This document shows positions 36,053 to 45,800 of a DNA stretch of 64,000 bases, one piece after another (position 1 is the first letter of the stretch; each line of letters begins with the position of its first letter). The stretch lies in IMG/VR virus record IMGVR_UViG_3300030372_002234, positions 8,876 through 72,875 of that record. One strand, given 5' to 3'. Position numbers and translations under genes: made by a program. This DNA is from a virus. Taxonomy: Duplodnaviria > Caudoviricetes. The notes beneath the pieces were generated by a model, which ran no database searches, was not told the DNA's origin, and was given only the letters and a program-made list of their open reading frames with translations.

Positions 36053-36304
36053 ATGCATAATATTGAACAAGTAATTAGAAGACTCAGATTAAGCGGGAGT
36101 GGCATCTCAGCTACACCCGGCGAAATTAGAATGCTTTTTATTTATTTACTTAAAAAAGTAGAGGACTTAGAAAATGAAATTTCCTTATATAGATCCGAAA
36201 CTTGTGGAACAACTGGAGAAGTTGTTTCCCCCACTGGACCTAAACTTAGAGGACGCGGAAGACCCAAAACTGAATCTAAAGGTAGCTCATCGAGCGGGAG
36301 CTAG
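36053..36304 (+). CDS. Hypothetical protein ending in an AT-hook-like RGRGRPK
   Basis: AGGAG SD and ATG at 36053; overlaps the next ORF by ~130 nt. Confidence 0.45.
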   Translation: MHNIEQVIRRLRLSGSGISATPGEIRMLFIYLLKKVEDLENEISLYRSETCGTTGEVVSPTGPKLRGRGRPKTESKGSSSSGS

Positions 36305-36359
36305 GGAATTAATTTTAAAACTTAAAGGAATTTCTGAACAGCAGAACAGGAGGCAGTAA
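36174..36359 (+). CDS. Small conserved podovirus protein
   Basis: LVEQLEKLFP...AGARELI pattern seen just upstream of portal modules. Confidence 0.7.
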   Translation: MKFPYIDPKLVEQLEKLFPPLDLNLEDAEDPKLNLKVAHRAGARELILKLKGISEQQNRRQ

Positions 36360-37613
36360 ATGTTGACATTTACAGGAGGTTATTTAGACGATTTGGGCGA
36401 TCCTGAGCAAGTAGAAAGTATGCAAGCTCAAGGAGTTGCAGACTACCAATTTGAAAACGTCTTAGAACGATACGCAAGTCAAGCATGGGCTGGCGGTGAA
36501 GGCGAAGGACTACCAGATTGGCTAGGAAGTTCTAATAATAACGCAACTAATGCCTTTGCTGCTGTCAATGCTGCTTTTGGTAATTGGACAGGTAGAATGA
36601 CCGGGGCTACGGAAAACATTAACACACAGTTTTACAATCAATTAGGCGGTCTTAAAATTGATGACGGTGGTTATTTAGAAGCTTCTTCGGCAGCTTTAGA
36701 AAAAATGACTCAAAATGTTGATGAAGCTACTCGCTTGCTTGGACAAAAACAAAATACAATTAGAACTATTGGTGATTTGCATAAAGTCTATAAAAAAGAT
36801 AAGCAAAAAAGAGAACGAGCTATTAAAGCCCTTGAAATGGAAACGCCTGAAACAGGGCAAACAATCTCTTATCGAGATCCTCTTACAGGAAAACGAGTAA
36901 CTCATAATGTTGGAGGAGAATTCTCGGCTGAAAATAGAATGGGTGTTCGGAATACAGATGCTTATGGTCAAGCTAGAGAATGGATTGCAAATAGAATTAA
37001 CCAACAGCAAGAAGCATACCACGATATGGTTTTAACAGAAGACTGGATTCGTGATAATCAAATGAGTGATTGGCAAAGTCGAGAATGGGGTGGACAAACC
37101 CAATATCTTTTAAATACAAACCCCACTACTGATCAAGAAACATGGGGCACTTACGAGGAGATGTTAAACCTACAGACAAGCCGAAATTCAAATACCGACC
37201 AATGGTCCCATATTGCTCTTAACGAATTTTTTGGTGGTAATGACATTACCTTAAAATTCTTTAGAAACCAAAACGACGAAATGGATGTTTCAAGCCAAGC
37301 GTGGTCAACTACTCAAAATTTATATGATGCTTTTGCTTCAATTGCTAGCTCTACTTACGGTAATTTATATGACGCTGGGTTTAATACAGTCGGGCAATCT
37401 ATGTTAGCTTCAGAGTTAACAGGTAAAAGTGTTCAAGACGCAGAAGAAACTATGACAGCCCAATCTTTTAAAGCGCAAGATCAACAAAAAGCTTTGCGTA
37501 AATCGCTTAAACAAGCTAATGAATTATTCCAAAAAACAAAAGGTAAACTCCGTAAAAACGACAAACAACCTAAAGCTAGGTTCGGAGGATTTAGAAAGGA
37601 TACCCCAGCATGA
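36360..37613 (+). CDS. Hypothetical late (probably virion) protein
   Basis: 417-aa ORF with GGAGG SD; Asn/Gln-rich; start of the morphogenesis module. Confidence 0.7.
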   Translation: MLTFTGGYLDDLGDPEQVESMQAQGVADYQFENVLERYASQAWAGGEGEGLPDWLGSSNNNATNAFAAVNAAFGNWTGRMTGATENINTQFYNQLGGLKIDDGGYLEASSAALEKMTQNVDEATRLLGQKQNTIRTIGDLHKVYKKDKQKRERAIKALEMETPETGQTISYRDPLTGKRVTHNVGGEFSAENRMGVRNTDAYGQAREWIANRINQQQEAYHDMVLTEDWIRDNQMSDWQSREWGGQTQYLLNTNPTTDQETWGTYEEMLNLQTSRNSNTDQWSHIALNEFFGGNDITLKFFRNQNDEMDVSSQAWSTTQNLYDAFASIASSTYGNLYDAGFNTVGQSMLASELTGKSVQDAEETMTAQSFKAQDQQKALRKSLKQANELFQKTKGKLRKNDKQPKARFGGFRKDTPA

Positions 37614-38089
37614 TGATTCCACCCGGAAAACTCAACGGGTCTTTACCCGGACCTTATTATTTCGGCGGCGGTAGTTATACAGCCCCACAAATTGATATGG
37701 ATGCCCAGCTTCGTAACGCTCAGGCTTCAGCAGGATTTGCTAGAGAACAGTCAGAACTTGCTCACGCCCAAGCTTTAGAAATGGAAGCTACTCGTAACGC
37801 TTACGCTAGTGCTATTTCTGAACGAGAGCAGCAAAACGAAGCCCAGTTGGCAGCACAGCAGCAGTCTATGGAAGATATGCTTAGTGATGTTCAGGCTGGA
37901 GTAGAAGAAGAGGAAGAAGAAGGCATTACTAGTGTTAACTTCTTTACATCATTAATGAATGCCATGCAGGGCGGTACAGGCACCGCTATGCCCGGTATGG
38001 GTGGGCCTATGGCTGGTGACGATGGTTCCGGTCCAACTATGACCGCTGACACAGGTGCCCAGCCTTATAGCGGCGCGAGGCCCGTTTAA
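37610..38089 (+). CDS. Hypothetical late protein (low-complexity)
   Basis: ATGA overlap; Gln/Ala/Glu coiled coil and Gly/Met tail; immediately before the portal. Confidence 0.65.
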   Translation: MMIPPGKLNGSLPGPYYFGGGSYTAPQIDMDAQLRNAQASAGFAREQSELAHAQALEMEATRNAYASAISEREQQNEAQLAAQQQSMEDMLSDVQAGVEEEEEEGITSVNFFTSLMNAMQGGTGTAMPGMGGPMAGDDGSGPTMTADTGAQPYSGARPV

Positions 38090-39651
38090 TGAGTATTCCT
38101 CCCGAAGGAAGTATTTACGAGCGTTTTAGATTATTAGATACAAATAGAACAAGTAAATTAGACAGAGCGCGTGATTGCTCTATGCTTACTATTCCGTCTG
38201 TATTACCTCCAGAAGAATGGACAGAGCAAGATGCTTTAGTCCAACCCAGTTCTTCAATGCCTGCAAGAGGGGTGACTAATCTTGCCTCCCGTATGCTTTC
38301 AGCTTTAATTCCTTTAAATGATTTACCGTTCTTCCAGTTTGAAGTTAAAACTGGCGAAGAGCTTGACCCTAAAGTTGGTGCTTTTTTAGATGTTATTGCT
38401 AATCAAGTTTACACTAAAATTATTGGCGGCAACTTTAGAGAAACTGTTTTTACAGCTTTGCAGCATCTCATTATTACAGGTGATGTTATGGTTGTAATGG
38501 AAGATGATTTTGATTTTAGAATTATTCGACAAGATCACTACGTAATCCGTCGAGATATTGTTGGAAATCCTGTTGAAATTATTCATTTAGAATTTGTTGC
38601 CGATGATTCTAACGAACCGGCTTTAGATCAATACGATAGTTCTAATGTCTATGGACGCAAAGGCTATAAAACCCAGTTTGTTAGATTAACCTATAACGAA
38701 ACAGATAATAATTGGAACGTCAGAAGAGAAGACACTAACGGTACTGTACTTGATGATGGTACTTATACCGTATTACCTTATTCATGTTTAAGATGGACTG
38801 CTATCCCCGGAGAAAATTACGGTCGATCTCATTGTGAAGAGATTTACGGTGACATTCAAACTTTAGAATCTTATACTCAGGCTATGCTTGAGGGTATGGC
38901 AGCTTCTAGTGCATTCTGGATTGGAGTTAATCCAGCAGGTGTAACTAATATTGAAGATGTCGCAGGTCGAGATAACGGTTCGTATATTTCAGCTAGACGA
39001 GAAGATATTTTTACTATTTCACCTTCTGATACCCTTAATCCTCAAATTCAATCTGTATCAGCGGCTGTTGAAACTATGCGTAGAGAAGTGTCTACGTCAT
39101 TTTTAATGTCAGCAGGAGCTATTCCTTCTGGTGATCGTGTTACCGCTACGGCTGTTCGTATGATTGGCTCTGAATTAGAGACAGTTCTCGGAGGAGCTTT
39201 CTCTTCTATTGCTAGAGACATGATGCAGCCTATTGTTGAAAGAGCAGTATTTTTAATGATTGATCAACGATTAATTGATCCTAGATTAGCACAGCAATTC
39301 TCAGATGAAGGCGTGCTTTCTGTTGAAATTATTACAGGTCTTCAGGCTCTTTCTAGAGATTCTGATTTAACTAAACTTATTCAAATGGGTGAAATGGTGC
39401 GTAACCTTCCGCCCGAATCGTTGGCAACCTTTAAATGGGATGCTTATACAACAGCACTTATTACTGCTCTTGGTCTTGATCCAGCTAACTGGGTGAAGTC
39501 TGAACAGGAAGTGCAGCAAGAACAGCAGGCTGCTATGGCACAGCAAATGGCTATGCAGTCAGAACAGCAAGCTGCCCAGATGGGTATGCAAGCTGCTACA
39601 GGTCTTGCAGAACAGGCTATTGGTGGCATGATGTCGCCGGGAACCGCATAA
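38089..39651 (+). CDS. Portal / head-tail connector (T7 gp8-like)
   Basis: ARGVTNLASRMLSALIP..PFF, LIITG, PGENYGRSHCEE, RVTATAVR..ELETVLGG, EIITGLQALSR. Confidence 0.95.
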   Translation: MSIPPEGSIYERFRLLDTNRTSKLDRARDCSMLTIPSVLPPEEWTEQDALVQPSSSMPARGVTNLASRMLSALIPLNDLPFFQFEVKTGEELDPKVGAFLDVIANQVYTKIIGGNFRETVFTALQHLIITGDVMVVMEDDFDFRIIRQDHYVIRRDIVGNPVEIIHLEFVADDSNEPALDQYDSSNVYGRKGYKTQFVRLTYNETDNNWNVRREDTNGTVLDDGTYTVLPYSCLRWTAIPGENYGRSHCEEIYGDIQTLESYTQAMLEGMAASSAFWIGVNPAGVTNIEDVAGRDNGSYISARREDIFTISPSDTLNPQIQSVSAAVETMRREVSTSFLMSAGAIPSGDRVTATAVRMIGSELETVLGGAFSSIARDMMQPIVERAVFLMIDQRLIDPRLAQQFSDEGVLSVEIITGLQALSRDSDLTKLIQMGEMVRNLPPESLATFKWDAYTTALITALGLDPANWVKSEQEVQQEQQAAMAQQMAMQSEQQAAQMGMQAATGLAEQAIGGMMSPGTA

Positions 39652-39669
39652 CATGGAGAACGAATTAAT

Positions 39670-40554
39670 ATGTCCGAAGAAATTACCACTCAACCCGTAG
39701 ATAACTCTACGCCTACTACTGAAACCCCCGCTCCGGCGGAGGTAACGTTACAGCCCGGTACTCCCGAATACGATGCAGCTATGGCTGCTCGGGGTACGGC
39801 GGAGCAAGCTGTTCAAACGACGGCTGTTCCCGAAAAGTTCCAACGAGAAGATGGAACGGTAGATATGGAAGCTCTTGCTAAAAGCTATGCAGAACTTGAA
39901 AAACAGTTCCATGCTCCCAAAGAAGAAGCTCCTCCTATTCCTACCGAAGAAGCTCCTAAGGAGTTTCGTATTCCATCTCCTCAGGACGAAGTAGAAAGCG
40001 AAGAGCCTGCGGTTAAAAGTGAGCTAACTCAAGAAGATTACAATAATTGGGGTAATGAGTTAGCATCTAAAGGTGAGTTTTCAGAAGCTACTATTGCTGA
40101 GATTAAGAGTAAAACCAATTTTACAGATCAAATGATTAACGATTGGACTCTCGGTCAGAAAGCAAAACAGAAAGAAGCTTTTGTTCAAGCCTCCCAATTA
40201 GTAGGGGGAGAAGAAAGACTAGGTGCCATGTTTAATTGGGCAGCAAATAACCTTCCAAGAGATCAACAGGAAATTGTTAATCAAAGGCTTGCTGGTCCCG
40301 ATTACGAGGTCACTTTATACGGTCTTGCTTCTATGTACGATAAAGCGATGGCTGCTGCACCTAAGGCGCAGGAGCCGGTTCCTCCGCAGAATCGTGCCCC
40401 CAACCCGGCTGGGCGTTCCACCGTGGAAGGTTTTACTTCCTACGGTGAGTTCACTCAGGCAAGATCAGATCCCCGATACATGCAAGATGCTAATTATCGG
40501 AATGCTGTAGAGGAACGTATGGTGAAGACTGATTGGCAGAGTCTTCCACGTTGA
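39670..40554 (+). CDS. Capsid scaffolding protein (T7 gp9-like)
   Basis: VPEKF..EALAKSYAELEK, MFNWAANNL, C-terminal SDPRYMQDANYRNAVEERM. Confidence 0.92.
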   Translation: MSEEITTQPVDNSTPTTETPAPAEVTLQPGTPEYDAAMAARGTAEQAVQTTAVPEKFQREDGTVDMEALAKSYAELEKQFHAPKEEAPPIPTEEAPKEFRIPSPQDEVESEEPAVKSELTQEDYNNWGNELASKGEFSEATIAEIKSKTNFTDQMINDWTLGQKAKQKEAFVQASQLVGGEERLGAMFNWAANNLPRDQQEIVNQRLAGPDYEVTLYGLASMYDKAMAAAPKAQEPVPPQNRAPNPAGRSTVEGFTSYGEFTQARSDPRYMQDANYRNAVEERMVKTDWQSLPR

Positions 40555-40611
40555 GAAAGCGGTTTAACTAAACAGAGATGTTTATAATAACCGTGGGATT
40601 AACAAGCTAAT

Positions 40612-40636
40612 GTTGAACCCGAAAGGATAATTCAAC
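40612..40636 (+). promoter_or_regulatory. Structured element in the capsid-gene leader
   Basis: GTTGAA-CCC-GAAA-GG-ATAA-TTCAAC: GNRA hairpin with an asymmetric internal loop. Confidence 0.45.
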
Positions 40637-40704
40637 CATTGACTATTGCTGTAATTAAATTTTTTTATTATTAAACAATTACTCAATTCTCAAGGAGAAT
40701 TATT

Positions 40705-42072
40705 ATGTCTTATATTGCAAATACTCCCGCTTTTGGCGGTACTGGATCACCTAATGTGACTCCGGCTAATAACACCCTTACTTCGCAGCCCTTCCGTACC
40801 CAGATGGCTGCTGCTACTTCCGGCGGTGCAGCCGGTGCTAACAAACTTTGGCTTCCTATTTGGTCTGGCGAAGTGATGTATGCTTACGATCAGTACCGCA
40901 TGTTTGAACCCCTTGTCGAATCTCGTACTATTAGTTCGGGTCGGTCGATGGAGTTCCCAATCATGGGTGCTGCTGCTCTTAAACCTGCATGGTTTGCTGG
41001 TGAAGAGTTAATTGGTAACAGCAACGATCACGCAAGCACGACCTTTGCGATTAGCCTTGACGCTCGTCCCATTGCATCGTACTTTGAAGTTGATAACATC
41101 GACCTCATGATTACGCAGTGGCAGTATCGTCAGGAACTGGCCCGTCAGGTTGGTCAGACTCTGGCTAACGCCCGTGACCTTCAGATCGCAGCTTACCTTG
41201 TTCGTGCAGGTGCTGAGTCTCTGATTGGTACTGACCCCCGTCTTGAAGACGGTAATGACTGGACCAAGAGTCTTAAAGGGTCGCCCCGTTACTACGGTAA
41301 ATTTAGTACTAAGTTTGAGTACCTTGATTCTGATACCGCTAGCGAAGCTAATCGTGCCGATGGTGCGCTTGCTCTGCTTGCTGCTATCGAAGACTTTATG
41401 GTCCACCTTCAGGAAATCAACGCTGACACCAGCATGGTTTTCTGCGCTGTGACCCCGCAGACCTTCCACGACATCCGTGCCCTCGGCGTTGCCCGAGACA
41501 CTGGTGACCTTGGTGGTGGTGCTGGCCGTCCGTTCTTCGGTGGTGTTGCTGACGCTGGTGGTCTTGGTACTGGTCTTAGTAACGCTATGGCTGGACTCTC
41601 GGACTCTCTTGAGTACATGAGTTGCCGTATCGTTAAGACTAACCATCTTCCTAACTGGGATGCTAGGGACACTACGCCTTCTGACGGAGGGTCGCCCGCT
41701 GCTCCTACTTATCCTTACCAGAAGCAGGTTATCGGTGAAGGTCGTTATAACCTTGACTTTGCTATGGGTCAGGGTGTGGTTGCTCGCAATGATTCCACCG
41801 ATGGCGTGATTGGTATTAAGGCTATTATCTGGCAGAACAAGTCCGTGGCTGCTCTGTCGCTTCAGGGTATGAAGGTTGATTCGGTGGAAGATGTCCGTCG
41901 TAACACCAACTTTACTGTTGCTTCGATGATGGCTGGCACCGGCGTTCTGCGTCCTGAGTGTGCTTCCATTGTCTTCGGCGGTGGTAAGACCGATGGTACG
42001 GCAACGCTTAGTGACACTGAAATTCGTACCGCTCTGGGTATGACTGCGGAGTACGTTGTTACTCCGGGCTAA
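40705..42072 (+). CDS. Major capsid protein (T7 gp10-like)
   Basis: LWLPIWSGEV, RTISSGRSMEFP, RQELARQVGQTLANARD, GTGVLRPECA; strongly biased codons. Confidence 0.95.
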   Translation: MSYIANTPAFGGTGSPNVTPANNTLTSQPFRTQMAAATSGGAAGANKLWLPIWSGEVMYAYDQYRMFEPLVESRTISSGRSMEFPIMGAAALKPAWFAGEELIGNSNDHASTTFAISLDARPIASYFEVDNIDLMITQWQYRQELARQVGQTLANARDLQIAAYLVRAGAESLIGTDPRLEDGNDWTKSLKGSPRYYGKFSTKFEYLDSDTASEANRADGALALLAAIEDFMVHLQEINADTSMVFCAVTPQTFHDIRALGVARDTGDLGGGAGRPFFGGVADAGGLGTGLSNAMAGLSDSLEYMSCRIVKTNHLPNWDARDTTPSDGGSPAAPTYPYQKQVIGEGRYNLDFAMGQGVVARNDSTDGVIGIKAIIWQNKSVAALSLQGMKVDSVEDVRRNTNFTVASMMAGTGVLRPECASIVFGGGKTDGTATLSDTEIRTALGMTAEYVVTPG

Positions 42073-42173
42073 TTAAAATAGGATCTTTTGGAGGATATTT
42101 TTATGTCTTACAAACTCTTTTGAAAGAGGTGATCCTATCTCGGCAGCAGGAGTTGTCGTTACCTGCAAAACTA

Positions 42174-42212
42174 TCGCCGTGGCCCCCGAAGGGGGGCTGC
42201 GGTGTTTTTTCT
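42174..42212 (+). terminator. Terminator after the capsid gene (T-phi-like position)
   Basis: GC-rich stem around GGCCCCC-GAA-GGGGGGCT followed by GTTTTTT. Confidence 0.8.
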
Positions 42213-42228
42213 TTGAGAGGAGATTATT

Positions 42229-42876
42229 ATGGGTTATATGACCAGACTTGATGCTGTAAATCAAATGTTGATTTCAGCCGGAGAAGGAATTGTTAGTGAC
42301 TTAGAAAACAAAAGTGGTGTTGATACCTCTGTTTGTGAATTTATGTTAGAACAAAAAATTGTTGATTATCAGATGCGTGGGTTAGCTAATAACCAACAGC
42401 AGCAGACTTATGAAACATCAGATAAAGATAAAACAATTGAACTTCCTAATAATGTTTTAAGTGGCTGGCTTATTTCAACCCATACAAACTCAAAAGGCGA
42501 TCAGATTCGCGGTACTGTAAGAGGAGCTAACCCGCCATATCTTTATAACTTGACTGATAATACAAAAGAATGGGAAAATAACGTAGAGTACAAAGTTTAT
42601 TTAGTACTTAAATTTGACTGGGAAGACATGGATACAAATGTTCAAAAAGCTATTGTTATGCAAGCAGCTAGAGAATATCAAATGTTATCTCAGGGTGACG
42701 GAGATGTAGATAGTTATTTAGCTCAATTATCGATGTATTACGACAGTCAGGCAAAAGGTTCTGACAACTCTCAAAAACGATATAATATTTTTTCGGGTCC
42801 AGAATCGTCTGTTACAGGAGCCGTTAACAGAAATAGAACTTGGAACTATAACCGATATAGATACCCCACTACTTAA
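42229..42876 (+). CDS. Tail tubular protein A (T7 gp11-like adaptor)
   Basis: TRLDAVNQMLISAGEG, YNLTDNT, VQKAIVMQAAREYQ. Confidence 0.92.
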   Translation: MGYMTRLDAVNQMLISAGEGIVSDLENKSGVDTSVCEFMLEQKIVDYQMRGLANNQQQQTYETSDKDKTIELPNNVLSGWLISTHTNSKGDQIRGTVRGANPPYLYNLTDNTKEWENNVEYKVYLVLKFDWEDMDTNVQKAIVMQAAREYQMLSQGDGDVDSYLAQLSMYYDSQAKGSDNSQKRYNIFSGPESSVTGAVNRNRTWNYNRYRYPTT

Positions 42877-42887
42877 GGAGTTATTAA

Positions 42888-45800
42888 ATGCCGCCATATG
42901 ATAGACGAGCAAGACAACGCGGGTTTAACACTAGACTTCCTATTTATACTTTTAGCGGAGGAGTAGGAAGACAAGCCCCGTCTAAAAGAATGCCTAGTGA
43001 AGCACAAGTATTAGACAACGCTACTCCTACGTTAGAACGATCAATTGAAAAAAGATCTGGGTCCGAACAATTATCTTGTTATACAGATATTGCATCTGAT
43101 ACGTTTACTAGATGGGGCGGTTTAACTTTACCTAACGGAAGTGGGGGAATTGGTACAATAGAACCTTTAACTGCTTCTGGGGCAGCAGGAAGTAGTGTAC
43201 TTAATTTTAGTTCTTCGGGTGAAATTGAAAGTACTTTAAGATTAACCTCTACCGATGGAACTAGCGTTGATTATTTAATGGATAAATTTTCTAACTCAGG
43301 TTATTTAACCGAGAGTGTAGCATCTATGGAATTTGTAGCTACTCCTAAACCGGGTAGTACTATTACTCTGACTTCGTATGACGGTACGGCTAAAACTTAT
43401 ATTGCTAAAGCTAACGGTACTGTTACTAACGGAACCTTAGACGGCGACGGAAATGTCCAGTTTAATAACGGGTTAGAAAAAAGCCCATCTAAGTCTTTAC
43501 ATAACGCTGCAAAAAACTTACAAGAAGCTATTTATTCAGCGCAAGGACATAACAATAACGCAAGCGGTTCTTTAACTTTTACATCTACGGCTCAAGTAGA
43601 TGAAACAATTACGTTAACGTCTACTGACGGTACTGAAATTACTTACATTGGCAAAAGCTCTGGTACTGACGGCGATTTGTCAGGATCAAACGTTATTTTT
43701 AATGTTGGATCAGATGGAATGAATTCTGCTGCTCATTTATCTGCTGCTATTAATTCTGGAAACGGTCATAACGCTGTTAACGCTGTAGCTACTGCTACGT
43801 GGACTTTTAGTGCTGGCCCCGCTGTTGGAAATACTATTCAATTATTAGGTACGACTAATTTAGGAACAACTGTTTCTAAAACGTTTAAAGCAGCCAACTC
43901 TGGCTCTAACGGAGATCTTGATGGATCAGACGTTACATTTTTATCTGTAACTAACGCAACTATTACTGCTGAGAACCTTGCACAAGCCATTAATAATAAA
44001 AATGGGTTTGGTTCTTCAGGTTGGATGGTTGCTACAGCTAATGCTTCAGCCGCAATAGCAACGGCTGTGTTTCGTTTTAGTGCGACTGCTACTGAAAATG
44101 CTTCGGTTAGTATTACAGATTTTAAAGGCGTTACAAAAAATTATAAAGCAGTAAGCACTGCTTCTGGGACCGCTACAGATTTTGTGCGTGGTAGTGATCG
44201 AGTTGCTTCAGCCCAAGCTTTTGCAGATTGCATTAATGCAAATCAAAGTGCAACTTTAGTAGCATACGCTAACTGGCAAGGAGCTGTAGTAGTAAAAGCA
44301 CTTGCTGGAGGTACTGCTGGTAATACTACCATTACTCCTAGTTTATCTCCCAGTTGGACAGCCGCGTGTGTAACTCCTGCTGCATTTACTGGAGGTGTTA
44401 ACGGTGGTGATGTCACAGTTACTCAAGGTTTTGGAGGAACATATGGTAATACTACTATTACTGATTCCGCAGGTTTTGCTAGTGCTTGTTCTGTTGCGCC
44501 ACCAGCGACGTTTACTGGAGGCACTAACACAGGCGTTAACGGAACTAAATTTACTACTAGTTTAGCGGGATCAAAAATTACTATTGCTCAGGTCGAAGAA
44601 GGATTTGGAGCAACTTCTAGAATAGTATTGTCATCTAAGTTTACTGATTCAGTTGTAGGAGCAGCTAATAGACCACCCGCTAGATTGGGTAAACTGCATG
44701 TTCCTATTACAGGTAAAACTTCTCGAATAAGATTTGAACAATGCGAAGGCGGGGACACGGGTAATAAAACAATTACGTCAAGCAGGTATTTTCCTCTTTC
44801 TGTAAAAGTAATGCCCACTGTATTTTCTAGGTCTTCTTTTACTTACTGTAATACAGGAACAAATGGAACAGATGCGGCAGAACATTTAAAAACTGCTGTA
44901 ACTAGTGACTACGGCCATAACGGAAAAATTACTGGAGCAGTGTCAACAAGTCAGATTACTTTAACGCAAAACGTTGCAGGTAGTTCTGGTAATACTGCTG
45001 TTAAATACAATAAGAATTTTTCTAGTGTCTTATCAGCAAAACCCACATCTTTTTCTGGCGGAGAAGAATACAATTCTATTTTAAATAGCGAACAAATTAT
45101 TCTAACTGATGCGTCAGGTAAAAGTACTGTACTTAGTTTTGATTCTGGTATTAATAAACGAGATTCTGAATCCAATATAATTGGCACTAAAGACGTAACA
45201 ACTACAGCTTTGGCTGCTGAATCTATTGCTAACGCAATTAATCTTACTGATATAGGTATTACAGCTACTTATGAAGACTCTATTGTTACATTAACTATGG
45301 ATAAATCTGGCGGTAACGGGACAAGAATCATTGCTGATGAAACCTTATTTAAAACTAAAGATTTTAGAGGGTCAATGCCAACTAGTGATCTTTTTTATTA
45401 CTGGTTTTCAATTAGCGATTCTTTAAGATATTTGTTAGTAGTTAATTATAGTGCTACTGCCAGCGAAACTTTGTTTTATGTTTATAAAATTAATACAGAT
45501 ACTGGAAAAATTGAGGATCAGACTCCAAGAGGATCTGCTGATACAACTACGGATGAAGTATATAATTACATTACTTACATGAACGAAACAAAAACTGCTA
45601 GAGAAGCTTTAGAAGCTATTACAGTTGGAACTAATATTTATATCATTAATAAATTTGTTAAAGCTGGATATAGTTCTAATGAAGAAGGTTATTTGTTTGG
45701 CTTAGATGGTGTTGCTACTAATGAAATTGATTACAAAGGCAAAGAAATTATCTATTATACGTCCTCTCTTGTAGATCCCGAGGGTGTTGCTTCATTGTAT

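Noticed and set aside
42050-42075. T7 10A/10B-type -1 frameshift extension of the capsid protein
   Set aside because: No slippery heptamer near the stop, and a TAA at 42074-42076 closes the -1 frame almost immediately.
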